64,000 bases of DNA, taken from positions 78,120,001 through 78,184,000 of the forward strand of contig OX597822.1 in the NCBI GenBank assembly GCA_951406725.2, in the 5' to 3' direction. Within the stretch, counting starts at the first letter, position 1. Each line of letters starts with the position of its first letter. Below, one piece after another: positions 1 to 12,471 of this stretch. The position numbers and the translations under genes are program-made. The notes beneath the pieces are model-generated. The model saw only the letters and a list, made by a program, of their open reading frames with translations. It did no database searches and was not told where the DNA came from. Source of the stretch: Octopus vulgaris. Lineage: Eukaryota.

Positions 1-458
1 AATGCTTTGATCGGCTCGAGGCTATAGTAGAAGACACTTTCCCGGAGCCATGTGGTTGGTAAGCAAGTTTGATATCGTGTATTTCTAAACTTCTATTTAG
101 CCCCATCATTCGCAACGATGCAAATGGATTGTGTCCCATAAACCGGACCCTATTCTGGAACACATTGGAACGATAATAAAAAAAAAACTCTTAGCATGAC
201 TAGAACAAATTCCAAGGGGGGATGCCCATTGATGCTACGCCGAGATATGTACTTGCCCATGAAAATTTAGAAAAGAGCTATATGACACGAAGCTTTAAAT
301 CAAACAACAGGGAAAAAGGCAGATAGCTCCTCATTTACGAAAATACCCTACACTGGCAACAGCAAGAAGTGCCGTTGGTGCAGCAGCAAGCCACGTATAA
401 ACTATAGAATTCGAAACGTTGAGTACGATAAAAGATGCATGGAAAGACACTGTAGGGA

Positions 459-843
459 TCGTGACTCTCCGTTGGTTACGACGACGAGTGTTCCAGTTGA
501 ACCGATTAACGGAACAGCCTGCTCGTGAAATTAACGTGTAAGTGGCTGAGTGCTCCACAGACACGTGTACCCTTAACGTAGTTCTCGGAGAGATTTGGCG
601 TAGCACAAAGTGTGACGAGGCTGGCCCTTTGAAATACAGGTATAACAGAAACAGGAAGAAAGAGTGAGAGAAAGTTGTGATGAAATAATACAGCAGGGTT
701 CGCCACCACCCTCTGCCGGAGCCTTGTGGAGTTTTAGGTGTTTTCGCTCAATAAACACTCACAACGTCCGGTCTGGGAACAGAAATCGCAATCCTATGAC
801 CGCAAGTCCGCTGCCCTAATCACTGGGCCAGTGCGCCTCCACT
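459..843 (-). mobile_element. tRNA-derived SINE (family B head, tail type 1) with 10-bp target-site duplication
   Basis: Minus strand starts GGAGGCGCACTGGCCCAGTGATTAGGGCAGCGG (A-box-like); same head at 9438 and 12962; TSD ACTGTAGGGA at 449-458 and 844-853. Confidence 0.85.
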
Positions 844-1034
844 ACTGTAGGGAAACCAATACAACCTACATAGAAGAATCAGTTCACAGTTTATACACGT
901 ATGCAAGGACGGAGAACACTAACGTGAATACACTGGGAGGAAACAAATATCTGTACTCCATCATATATGTGTGTGTATGTGTGCGTGTCTGTCTGTAAGT
1001 GTACGTGTGTCAGTGTATAGGTGTGTGTGGGTGT

Positions 1035-1310
1035 GAGGGCGTATGGCATAGTGGTTAGGGCGTTGCACTCATGATCACAAGATCGTGGTTTCGACCGTGT
1101 GGTGCGCTGTTTCTTGATAAAAACACTCAATGTCACGTCGCTCGTGATCACTTTGACAATAGGTGTAAGATACACAGTGCACCCGTTCAGGTAACGTCCA
1201 TTTCATGCAGGGGGTGAGCTAATGCACAAAACATACATTTGATCACTATAAACAAATTATTTGTGCCGAGAGTTCAGCAAAAAATTGCAGATTCGTTTTT
1301 CTCAGACACC
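1035..1310 (+). mobile_element. Degenerate tRNA-derived SINE
   Basis: GGCGTATGGCATAGTGGTTAGGGCG (A box) ... GTGGTTTCGACC (B-box-like); related copy at about 48935-49190. Confidence 0.6.
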
Positions 1311-2200
1311 ACATGGTACTACCATCCATCCATCCATTTGTGTGTGTATGTGTGTGTGTGTGTACACATACACACACACATACAAACATACTTACACACA
1401 CACGCACACACACATATATATATACATATACATACATATGTGTGTGTGTATGTGTGTGTGTGAATTCTGACCGACAGGTACATATGGCCTTATGTACCTG
1501 TTCTTGAGAAGTTCAAAATCTTTCATTCTTACCTATATTCACTTGATAAAAACGGTTTTTGCATGATGTCATATTTCTGCTCATCAATAAAAAAAAACAT
1601 GTTTGAAACAGCTGTAGTGAACTACAATCCATCTCTTGTTATTTGTTTATCTAAATATTATACACACACGCACACATACAATGGATATTGTTACATTTTA
1701 CTTCTACTAAATCCCAATCACAACAAGGCAAGGCACTGGGCAGCACAAGTTTTCAGTAAAAGAGACGTACCTAAGGTATCAAGAATGCGTAAGGTTTACT
1801 TGCCTAAGGTTGCAGTAAAAGAGGCTTGCGCAGTTATCACGATGGATCCCGGAACCAAATGGTTTAGAATAGGGATGGTTAACCATACAGCTACTTTATT
1901 CGTTGCTACAAGTTCATTGATCCCAATTCTCCTCCAGCGTTGGTTGCCACCATAAAAGCCGAATGGAATCGCCAGCCTCGGCAATGATTTATATCTGTCA
2001 CCAGCCACTTGTATACATGAATACTTACATAACATTGAAAGAGGTTTTGCAGCAGCTGTGTTAATTTGACATCAGAAAGCAGATGTATAAACAAGCAGAG
2101 ACCTCTAAAATTGCGACTTCCCACGTTCCAGCCTTATGTACGAAGGGATATAGATGCATGTGTGCATATGTACATGTATGTATATATATATATACATATA

Positions 2201-2260
<60 letters not shown>

Positions 2261-2350
2261 CGTATAAGGAATTTCTCAAAGCGTTTACCGTTTTACTCAC
2301 AGGTTTTCAAAAATTCATATATACATATGTGTGTGTGTTTGTGCGTAATG

Positions 2351-2382
<32 letters not shown>

Positions 2383-2582
2383 CATATACATATATATACA
2401 CATATATATACATATATATACATATACACACACACACATATTAACATACATATAATGCGAACTCTCTTTCAAGTTTGTGCAATATGCATATGTAATTCAA
2501 GTATTGATATGACACAGAAAATCTATACAGGAAATAGGGTGTGCGCATACATTTGCGCACACACAAACACACTCACACACAC

Positions 2583-2680
<98 letters not shown>
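2583..2680. repeat. (GATA)n microsatellite
   Basis: Perfect agat tandem run. Confidence 0.95.
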
Positions 2681-3058
2681 GTCCATTCATATATACTCTA
2701 TTGTATATTTAATTGCATAAAAGTGAGTCATATATTGAAAAATTCACAAGAAAACTAATACAAAAACTGAATTACGTATGTCCACACATACATACAAAGG
2801 CATACACACGTACATAGATACTTACATACATATATACATACATGCACATATGCATATAATAGATATATACATACACACATGCATACAAGCTTGTCTCTGT
2901 GACTAAGAAGCTCCCTTTGCAACCACGTGACTTCGGACTTAGTCCCACTACGTGGTATTTTGGGGAGTCTTTTACTAACCTAGATTGACCAATGCTTTGT
3001 GAGTGAATTTGACAGATGGAAAATGTGTGGAAGCCCGTCATAGATAGATAGATTTGCG

Positions 3059-3105
<47 letters not shown>

Positions 3106-3325
3106 ATATATATATGTATATATACATATATATTTGTATATGTAGATATGTATTTATATATATATTATAAAATAAAATAAGAATAGGAAAATTACATTAA
3201 AGAATCATCACAGATGATATATATCCAAAATAATATTGTATTAATAGATAGATGTATAAATATATAAAGTATGATTATTTAAAAAGTTTAAAATATCTTA
3301 CGATCGTTTCGTGAATGTATTGCTC

Positions 3326-4826
3326 TTAGAAATGGAATCTAAATTTGATATTCATTATTAGGTAATACATCCACTCATCAGTCTGTAGGAGTGATCTCAT
3401 GTTAATGGTGAGTTGTTTCGATTGGACATGCGACAAAGGAGGAATTTTTAAGGCAGGCATTAAGTTCATCAGCGGGTGTTCCTTTGAGTATAATAGGTAG
3501 AGTTTGTCGAAAATCTCCTGCAAGAAGTAGAGTTGCACCTCCAAGCATGTTGTTGTTTGACCTAAAGTCTCTCATTGTGGTATCAAAAACTTGTAGGGAA
3601 CATTTATGGGACATAGTTGCTTCATCCCAATCAATGAGTTTGCACTTTTTCAAAACTGTCGCTTCGTCCGAGGAATGCATTATGTACCACGTAGGGTTTC
3701 TTGATGTGCTACATTGAAAGGCAATTTGAAGGTAGAGTGTGTTGTTCGTCTGCTGCCGAGAAGAGTTGAGGCTATTCCTGAGGAGGCAACAGCAATAGCA
3801 AGGTCACCATTATGCCGCAACTTCGCAAGAAGATTCAGAAGGAACGTTTTCCCAGTTCCAACGGATGCAACTAAGAAGCTGATTCCGCCAGTGTGTGTGT
3901 AGATGTTTCCGAGGACGAAATTGTATACGTCAGCTTGATCGGAATTTAGAAGGGGCTCGTTGTCAGCAATGGACTGTTTGAGTTTGTGGATATTGTAGGA
4001 TGTTTCTCTGAGAATGTGGCGATGGGGACAGACGTCTTCATTTCTGTCTGGAGTGTTGAGAGAATAAGCGTCCAATCGTTGACCTCCAATTGCTACAACC
4101 AAATCTTCCAAGAGAAGAATCCCTCCGTTGTAAATGGCAGGAATAGTGGGAGTGTCAACGCTACCTGTGATTTGGCGAGTCTGCAACAAAATGACATGGC
4201 ACATTGAGTCTTAGTATTTATTCCAAAGTGTGTGTGTGTCTGTCAGGTTGCAGAAAACCAGCATTATTGCGAAATGGTGTCGAAGCTTGTATGGAGAACG
4301 ACACAGAGAGGCCTCTTCAAGTGCATTATCATATTGGTCCTCTGTATCCGTTTGAAGCAGGCATCTTTGAAAGTGCCACATAAGTTGCCGTCCACTGTGC
4401 GAAGGTCGTCGAAGGAGTTTGGCATGAAGTAAAAGCTTCAGATGGAAGCTTTCGCAGTTCAGAGGGTGAATTGTGTTGACTGCGTACGCCGGCCTTGTTT
4501 TCGTCATTGAATTCTACGTTGATGTGTGCATGAAATGTTTTGAAGAGCTTCTTGTTGTAGGGGATGATCCACCGATTGTCAACCAAAAATTCCTGGTTAT
4601 GACCTTTTTCGATGATTATTGCGTAAGGGAGAAAATCAATTTCTGACTGTTACTTCGCAAAATACAGACCTTTTGACCCTAGAAGCCCCATTACTCCATA
4701 TTACAGCATAAGTGAAAACTCTAAATAGTGTAGAGCTATCTGTGGAACATAAGTGATGTATTAGCCAACCGTGAACGAAATCGGATGAAAAATATTGATT
4801 TTGCGCGGGATCAGCGTAATGGTCGG

Positions 4827-4860
<34 letters not shown>

Positions 4861-4879
4861 CTTTCTTATATATTATAGA
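3326..4879 (-). mobile_element. Helitron remnant, internally deleted, with a recognisable 5' end
   Basis: 5' end A|TCTATAATATATAAGAAAGATGTGTG at 4879, matching the Helitron 5' end at 32221; Rep/helicase fragments downstream; no 3' CTAG found. Confidence 0.75.
3380..4620 (-). pseudogene. Helitron RepHel (Rep + Pif1-family helicase) fragment, frameshifted
   Basis: VDNRWIIPYN..F.AHINVE (Rep C-terminal region), GTGKTFL (Walker A), AVASSGIASTLL..RTTHSTFKLP, DWDEATM (Walker B), GGATLLLAGDFRQTLPI, spread over several frames. Confidence 0.9.
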
Positions 4880-5070
4880 TAATCAAAACTCCATATGCAG
4901 TATGAAATCCATTGAAGTGAACTGAGGATTTATCTGTCGAGTGAAGTGTGTGTAATTATTTATCTTGAACACTTCGATATGTTCTCTATCACTCGATGTG
5001 GTTAGCCAGATCTGGATTGTATCAGAGTTTGTATAAGGTACCTGCCCCAATTCTAAATCCCTATTCCTTT

Positions 5071-5113
<43 letters not shown>

Positions 5114-5603
5114 TGATTGGCACAGTTTCAGTTTACCAAATTCACTCACAAGGCATTGGCCTACCCGGGGCTATAGTAGCAATTACTCGTGCAGTGGAAT
5201 TGAACCCGGGTCCATATGAGTGCAGAGTGAGTTTCTCAACCACACAACTGTGTCTGGGCCTATGTTCTTTAAAAAATTTTAAGAACAGTCTCAGTTCATG
5301 TGGAGCAGCTTAATGGGAAAAAAATATTTAGGTTAGCTTTTTTACTGCTCCTTGCAAAAAACATGCTAATACTAGTTTAATTGAATTGCCTATTGGCCAG
5401 CTTCTACAGAAGCTTCGCCATGCTGAATAAATAAATAGCGTTCATCTGAGAAAGACAATGTTTTCAGTTTTCTCTGTCACTCTCTTTCTCTCTGATTTTC
5501 TCTTCTCCCTCTCCTTCTCTCTATCTTTCTCTTTAAAAATTCAAACTTGTATTATATGATACCTAACTCAGTATTATCAAAATAAATCAAAATATAGAGG
5601 TTA

Positions 5604-5606
5604 GTT

Positions 5607-5661
<55 letters not shown>

Positions 5662-5675
5662 CAGCAGCAGCAGTA
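5604..5675. repeat. (TAG)n/(CAG)n trinucleotide microsatellite
   Basis: Direct reading. Confidence 0.95.
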
Positions 5676-5804
5676 ATGTGTGTATACACAAACACACATA
5701 CACACACACTCACACACATATATATATACATACACACATATATATACACATATATATATATACACACATACACACAGACATACATATATACATACATACA
5801 TACA

Positions 5805-5886
<82 letters not shown>

Positions 5887-6189
5887 TCGGAAACTCTTTA
5901 GTTGAAAGCATATTTGCCAAAAGAGAAATTATTGCAAAACATATTCGTAGAAAAACAAAATTTTCTTGAAATTAATGTCGACTTCAATTGATAAGAAAAA
6001 AATTATTAATTTATTTGAAATAAAAATACTTTCCATTTATATGAAAATTTATGTAATGATAAGAAAAATTCGCTTAGCTGTAAAAAGTTCCTGGCGTTTT
6101 CTTGAAGATTTTGTTCGTGTTTCGGGTGCTATTTCCGATTTTTGTGAGGGCGCATGGTTAGAGGCAATCAGCTTACTACCCTCTCTTTC

Positions 6190-6790
6190 TCTTTCTCTTT
6201 TACTTGTTTCAGTCATTTGACTGCGGCCATGCTGGAGCACCGCCTTTAGTCGAGCAAATCGACCCCAGGACTTATTCTTTGTAAGCCTAGTACTTATGCT
6301 ATCGGTATATAATGAAAAAATGCCCTGCAGACGGAACCAGTCAATAAAATGAAAATAATTTTTTAAAATCTATTCTTTCTGTGCGGCCCGGTACAGAAAA
6401 GGAATTCTCTTTTAATCTCTTTTACACGATTCAGTCATTTGACTGCGGCCATGCTAGAGCACCGCCTTTGGTCGAACAAATAGATCCCAGGACTTATTCT
6501 TTGTAAGCTAAGTACTTATTCCATCCGTCCCTTTTGCCGAACCGCTAAGTTACGGGCACGTAAACACATCACCAACTGTTGTCAAGCGATAGTGGGGGAC
6601 AAACACAGACACACAAACATATACACACACGATGGGTTTCTTTCAGTTTCTGTCTACCAAATCCACCCACAAGGCTTCGGTCGGGCCGAGGCTATTGTAG
6701 AAGACACTTGCCCAAAATGCCAAGTAGTGGGACTGAACCCGGAACCCGTGTGGTTGGAAAGCTAGCTTCTTACCATACAGCCACACCTGG
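6190..6790 (-). mobile_element. SINE family A: tail fragment (6190-6305) plus near-full copy (6410-6790)
   Basis: Reverse complement of the full copies at 18320 and 55016 (cagtcatttgactgcggccatgctggagcaccgcc ... gaagacacttgcccaa). Confidence 0.85.
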
Positions 6791-7213
6791 AGCAATGTAA
6801 AATGAAGTGTTTTCTTCAAGAAAACAACGCACTACTTGACCCGAAAATCGAAACCAGAATCTTACAGTCGTGAATGCATCACCCTAACCATTAGTCCACG
6901 CGCCTGAAAATCTATTCCCCGTGAGCCAATATTTAGTCAACAGAGACAAGGTTGTTTTGTTGGTAAAGTCGTTTACACGGATGGGTGAATATTTAATAGA
7001 AGAATTATCGCACCGTTTGTTTGCACTCTCTAATTATCATTTACGATCTGTAAATAACTTGCTTGCATTCTTGTTTATTTTGAATTCTGCTTATTTAAAA
7101 CAATAAACTGTTTCAAATATTAATAGATACTTTTCGTTCTTTTTTAGGGGAGTGGGGTATAATAACATATGTGTGTGTGTAATATGAGTGTATACATTTG
7201 TGTACATATATAT

Positions 7214-7688
7214 ATAATAATTCTCTAAAAGGGATATAGACAGTAACTGCTCGATAACATAAGGGACTAAAGCCATCTGAATATGGCTAGGGACAGGGCA
7301 GGGTGGTGGGGGTGTTACTGTTGCATTTAGCCCCAGGCGAACATCGACGTCACCAGAAAGGCTCGACACCGTCACGGTGCCCTAAACCTGCAAAGGGAGG
7401 TAATTCCCCGATGAAGCGGAAACCACACACGGACCATGGTTTCAAGGTGTATTGCCTATCATCGGCGTGTGGTAGGCCTCCGCTTCCTCGACGAATTCTC
7501 ACTCTGCAGGATTTTCTTATATAGATTTTCAAGCAAAATACATTTGCTGATTTCGAAAATCTGTTCGAAAGCAATAATAATTCTCTAAAAGGGATATAGA
7601 CAGTAACTGCTCGATAACATAAGGGACTAAAGCCATCTGAATATGGCTAGGGACAGGGCAGGGTGGTGGGGGTGTTACTGTTGCATTT
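7214..7688 (-). mobile_element. 360-bp-period structured repeat (about 1.3 units) with hammerhead motif; retrozyme-like or Penelope pLTR-like
   Basis: Exact 115-bp direct repeats at 7214-7328 and 7574-7688; hairpins at 7387-7510, 7523-7562 and 7367-7379; scrambled partial copy at 7689-7760; (TA)n on both sides. Confidence 0.6.
7426..7471 (-). ncRNA. Type I hammerhead ribozyme motif (core variant CCGAUGA)
   Basis: Minus strand: CACACG-CCGATGA-tAGGcaatacaCCTt-GAAA-CCATGG-TC-CGTGTG; 6-bp stem I, palindromic stem III ACCATGGT, GUC cleavage triplet. Confidence 0.65.
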
Positions 7689-7754
7689 GCAGCGACATAT
7701 ATAAGCCCTAAACCTGCAGGGAATTCCGGTTACTGTTGCATTTAGCCCCAGGCG

Positions 7755-7800
<46 letters not shown>

Positions 7801-7871
7801 GTGTGTGTGTGTGTGTGTGCGTGTGTGTGTGTATTTACAGACATGACAGAAGTAAACAGACGTCCTTATAA

Positions 7872-8040
7872 GGATGTCGCGAAATGCCTGGATAGAGGTC
7901 CATCTTTCTGAGTTCTTTTACAGAGTTTAGAAAAACTGAAGGACCGCTGCAATACGTATGTGAATCTGAGAGGGGAATGTGTTGAATAAAATCATAATTA
8001 ACTGATCCTCCTGTATTTTCTTTTACTCAAAGCCAGGAAC
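7872..8040 (+). mobile_element. mariner 3' fragment
   Basis: Encodes EKLKDRCNTYVNLRGECVE*, similar to the mariner transposase C-terminus, followed by TIR-like aaagccaggaac. Confidence 0.6.
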
Positions 8041-8082
8041 TACCGTGTGTGTGTGTGTGTGTGTGTGCGTGTGTGTGTGTAT

Positions 8083-8590
8083 TTACAGACATGACAGAAG
8101 TAAACAGACGTCCTTATAATCATTAAAATGTATTTAAATCTGAAATTATACATTCAAATTACTTATTAATCATTATAATGTGAATATTTAATACTTGGTA
8201 GACCTTTTTCAGTAGAATAGCTGCCATGTTTTATTATTGGCTGCAATCTTTTCATATCAAATTCTTGATCACAGAGTCTCCAGACCCGCACTCGACCACT
8301 GTCAGAATATACAGCAAATCTGGACTCATCAGGGAATAGGACAGCGTCCCAAAATGCTAGTGGCCTCTCCACCATCTCAGAGGTCCAATTTTTTCTCCGC
8401 TTGATGTTGGATAGTCGAAGAAGTGGCTTCCTTCATGCTGCTCTGCCATAGTAACCAAGTTTGTGGAGATACCTGACAGCTGTTCTGGTACTGACATCAA
8501 CTTGTTCTGCTATGTCAGAGGCCTTGTAACGAGGATTATCCTCCACACTTTCCTTAACAAAGAGAAGGGTCCTGTCAGAGCGCACTGGTT
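8083..8590 (-). mobile_element. Tc1-like transposon fragment
   Basis: W..VLFPDESRF...SDSGRVRVWR....F....LQPIIKHG (first catalytic D region), preceded by an HTH-like segment with frameshifts. Confidence 0.8.
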
Positions 8591-8775
8591 AATATGACCA
8601 AAAGTAATTATGCTGAGAAAACAATACTAGTCAATGACTAATATTTCTTATATTTCGACACATTTGGCGGACAATTCTTGACATGTCTCGGCCTAATTAT
8701 GATCTCTTCAACATAGTGTTTACCGAAGTAGTATGGCAAAAAGTACTGATTGAATGTACATTGAGTAATATATAA

Positions 8776-9074
8776 CAGTGGTTCTCAACCATTTTTTATC
8801 TGCTGGACCCCCATAGCCATTCGATTTTTAAAACTAGACTTATAAATACTTTTTGCAAAATTTCTGTTTTGCTGTTCAGACACTAACATATGTAGGTTAA
8901 ACTATTTGAAATATTAGAGAAAAAAACCTAGCTGTTTCTTGCAATAAATACATCTAGAGATGGACCTTTAAAATACTACTGTGTGTTCTCAGTTTACTAT
9001 TTTGCTTGCGTGGCCACCCAAAAAATCTTATGTGAAACCCCAGGTGTCATATAAGCCAAGGTTGAGAACTACTG
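8776..9074. mobile_element. hAT (Charlie-type) MITE
   Basis: TIRs CAGTGGTTCTCAACC / GGTTGAGAACTACTG; 8-bp TSD not preserved. Confidence 0.75.
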
Positions 9075-9437
9075 GTACAGAGAAACAAATTTTTACAGTA
9101 TGGATAACCCAGATAGACTAGACACATGAAAAGCAATTATCGTGTCAACATACTTAATAATTGGAGTATAAACTGCGCGAAGAAAAACAATATTAATCAA
9201 TGATTAATATCTATAATATTATTCTGTTGTGATCTTCGTACGTAACATTTAAGCTATACAATTATACGAAAGATATTATCTGTTATACGTAAAACATTTA
9301 TATTATTCGTAAAACAAATGACTGATAAATAAGAATGTTATAGTAAGTGATATATATCTATGTGTATGTATATATGTATATATATATATGTGTGTGTGCG
9401 TGTATGTGTGTGCGTGTGTATGTATGTGTGTGTGTGT

Positions 9438-9741
9438 GGAGGCGCAATGGCCCAGTGGTTAGGGCAGCGGACTCGCGGTTGTAGGATCGCGGTTTCGATT
9501 ACCAGACCGGGCGTTGTGAGTGTTTATTGAGGGAAAACACCTAAAGCTCCACAAGGCTCCGGCAGGGGGTGGTGGCGATCCCTGCTGTACTCTTTAGCCA
9601 CAACTTTCTCTCTCTTTCTTCTGTTGGCCTGCTCGCTTAGCCAGCAGGGTGGCGTTATTTGAAGGCTAAAACAATGCGCTTCGCATTGTGACCAGTGATG
9701 TGTAGCAGCATCTGATAGCCCAGTCGGTCACGGTGACGGTG
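9438..9741 (+). mobile_element. SINE family B (tRNA head, tail type 2)
   Basis: GGAGGCGCAATGGCCCAGTGGTTAGGGCAGCGG...GGTTTCGATTACC; near-identical copy at 12962-13257. Confidence 0.85.
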
Positions 9742-9749
9742 ATATATAT

Positions 9750-10200
9750 AAAGCAGAACAAATCAGTGTACATAAAGGAATGTACATAAAAAGTGTACAT
9801 AAAGGAGTAATGTTGTATAATAAGTAGAATATATATAAAAAAGAGAATATAAATATAAGTAAACTTATATTTATATTTACTAATATTTATATTCTCTTTT
9901 TTATATATATTCTACTTATTATACAACATTACTCCTTTATGTACACTTTTTTATGTACATTCCTTTATGTACACTGATTTGTTCTGCTTTTTTTATGTTT
10001 AACCCCACAGTCTCTTATATGGTGGCTTAATAAAGTATGTGATTGAGTATTATCTGGTAATTGATATTTGATTTAGATGTATTTCTCCATTTTCTTATCT
10101 TGTATTAGTAATTTGTGGTAAATCATTTTACCTTTGCCCATATAATACAGTAAATGAATTGATTGCATCGCAATCATTAACATTTATGTATTAACTTTGT
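9750..10200. mobile_element. Penelope-like terminal sequence with an inverted partial copy (hairpin 9750-9990)
   Basis: Arms of about 114 bp at 9750-9863 and 9876-9990; 9876-10105 is the reverse complement of the repeat at 40505-40700, which lies next to a decayed hammerhead. Confidence 0.55.
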
Positions 10201-10274
10201 TGGGTACTTCACTAGCAGTATATTGGATATATGTTATTCCATGGAGGGTTGCATTTACAACCCCTATCTCAATT

Positions 10275-10313
<39 letters not shown>

Positions 10314-10919
10314 CTCAAATAAATCAGATACTGAATAAACATTTAATCCATTTTTTAACGAGTAGTAGTATGTATGTATGTATGTATGTATGTATGTATG
10401 TATGTATGTATGTATGTATGTATGTATGTATGGATGGATGGATGGATGGATGGATGGATGTGATATGTTTTTAAAATATACTCTTTAGTAGGGAAGCTAC
10501 TGAACGTTGGTCATAGGGACGGTGGATTCAGATCCATTCATACACTCCGCGTTCTGATTCGAAAAAAAAAAAGAAAGAAAATAGGATGTAGTGTCGTGTA
10601 TAAAGATTTATTCAAATGTTAGCTATATAATAAAATCGTAACGGAATAATATTGCTATCAAATTTTGGCACAAGGTTAGTAATTTTCGTAGGATGAGTGG
10701 CATAGAAAAATTGCTGAGAAAATAAATTATTCAGATATAAGTAAACCGCTTAACTAATAATTAGAAACTGAGTAGGGTTTACTTTTAAAATCACGATTGT
10801 TGGCTGTTACATTTTTATGTTCTCAGCATAGAGCATGAATGGCTACAAATATTTTCTCGAATTGAATTAATTATGACTATGTGTGTGGTATGGATAACAC
10901 GTATAGTACAAATAAAATA

Positions 10920-11226
10920 CATCTAGTCTCGTTTATCGCGGGCGTTTGGTTGCAACAAACATAAATAAATACCGAGTAAAATAAATCACGGATGAATGAA
11001 TAAAAGAACATATGGGGAAATTAGGTTTCGTTCCGAAAACCCAAGTTGTCCTGTGCATTGTGGTTAATCACTGGGGTACACTTTTGCAGTCCAAGCAGAA
11101 TCTTTGATGGATCGCCAACCCGTGTTATTACAGATCAATTCGTGATAAATGTAACATGGTTCACCATTGAGTGTACCGTGTTACTTGGATACAGATACAT
11201 AGATCAGTGATAAACGAGGAAAGGTG
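10920..11226. mobile_element. pogo/Tigger-like MITE
   Basis: TA|CATCTAGTCTCGTTTATCG ... TGATAAACGAGGAAAGGTG|TA imperfect TIRs with TA TSD. Confidence 0.55.
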
Positions 11227-11819
11227 TATTCTTAACTCGACTGGTGGACGAAATGAAGTTAATTTTCAGTTGAAATTTGAAACTGCTTCATCGTTATTTC
11301 ATTATGTTTCATTTTTATTAATTTTGTTTGTTCTTTTTAAACGATATCGTTAAAGTTAGCTGCTATTTCTAGCAAGTGTTGCGGGGCGACTGCGACGGTG
11401 TATATAACCAACGTTTGTTCGATCATACAATAATTAATTAAGTCGATGATGTCATCATAACAACCTCATATCCGAAGAATAACAAAAATAAACTCGTATG
11501 TTTCGCAATGTCGCCGACAGTTCAAAACTTGAAATATCGTAGATATGGGAAAAGAGAATTGAAACAATAAAAAAAAAGAAAGAAAAATCAAAATTAAAAA
11601 AAAAAAATTTAAAAGCACTAAATAAAAACTTGTTTGCATTCATGAATAAATTATATTCTCTTGACATTTATATGTCAGTCTGAAAGGAATGTTGTGTATT
11701 TTACACGCTGCTTTTTGTTGTTGCTTTTAATGTTTTAATTTCCATTTATACAATTCCATGCCTTCTGCTATTGTTCAGTGTTTTTTAGATAAATATGTTA
11801 ATCGAGTCGATCTACTACA

Positions 11820-11859
<40 letters not shown>

Positions 11860-11865
11860 TATCTA

Positions 11866-12325
11866 CTGTCAGTCATCGCGGCTATGATTGTTCATGGCTT
11901 TGTCGTAACTCTCCTTACCAGTCGGTCTTTCACTTTGGGTTTGTCAGTTGCTACAATCAATTCTTTTCCAATTCATATTCTTTTTCGTTATATCTTTTGA
12001 ATCTCAATCTTGTCTTCAATGGTTTCTTTTCCCCTTACATAGTCGGGAGTAAAAGGAGCTGTCTGGGGAGTCTGTTGTTGTCTATCCTGTGTACGTGTCC
12101 CAACCAGCATGAATTTCTGACAGCGATGATTTCCATTTCAGGATACGGACCAGCACACCGTAGAATCTCTTCATTCCTGATTTTGTCAAAGAGAGTGATG
12201 TCCACAATTCGTCTCAGCTATGCAGGTAATTTGTTTGCTTGAGCTTTGTAAACTGTCCAGGTTTCAGCTCCACATATCGGGGAAGAAAGCACTAAAGCCA
12301 GGTATACATTGCATTTAACACCTCT
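11866..12325 (-). mobile_element. RTE-clade LINE 3' fragment
   Basis: VYLALVLS..ICGAETWTV...LRRI.DI...DKIRNEEIL...WLGHVHRIDNNRLPRQLL, with stops. Confidence 0.85.
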
Positions 12326-12433
12326 ACAAACATGCTTACACACACACACACTCTCATATATATATATGTGTGTGTGTATGTATATATATATATATGTACG
12401 TATGTATATATTTGTGTGTGTGTGTGAGTGTAT

Positions 12434-12464
<31 letters not shown>

Positions 12465-12471
<7 letters not shown>

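Noticed and set aside
2061-2592. ORFs rich in YI/TH/CV/MYVC repeats, here and throughout the window
   Set aside because: They are translations of (TA)n, (CA)n and (TACA)n microsatellites, open on both strands.
3680-4204. Functional host PIF1 helicase gene
   Set aside because: Frameshifted, intronless, and linked to Helitron Rep motifs and a Helitron 5' end.
7408-7441. Second hammerhead on the plus strand (CCGATGA-agcg-GAAA)
   Set aside because: Stem II cannot form and there is no stem I pairing.
9438-9515. tRNA gene-like sequence, also at 12962, 39275 and other SINE heads
   Set aside because: Runs straight into SINE bodies and lacks a proper acceptor stem and poly-T terminator.
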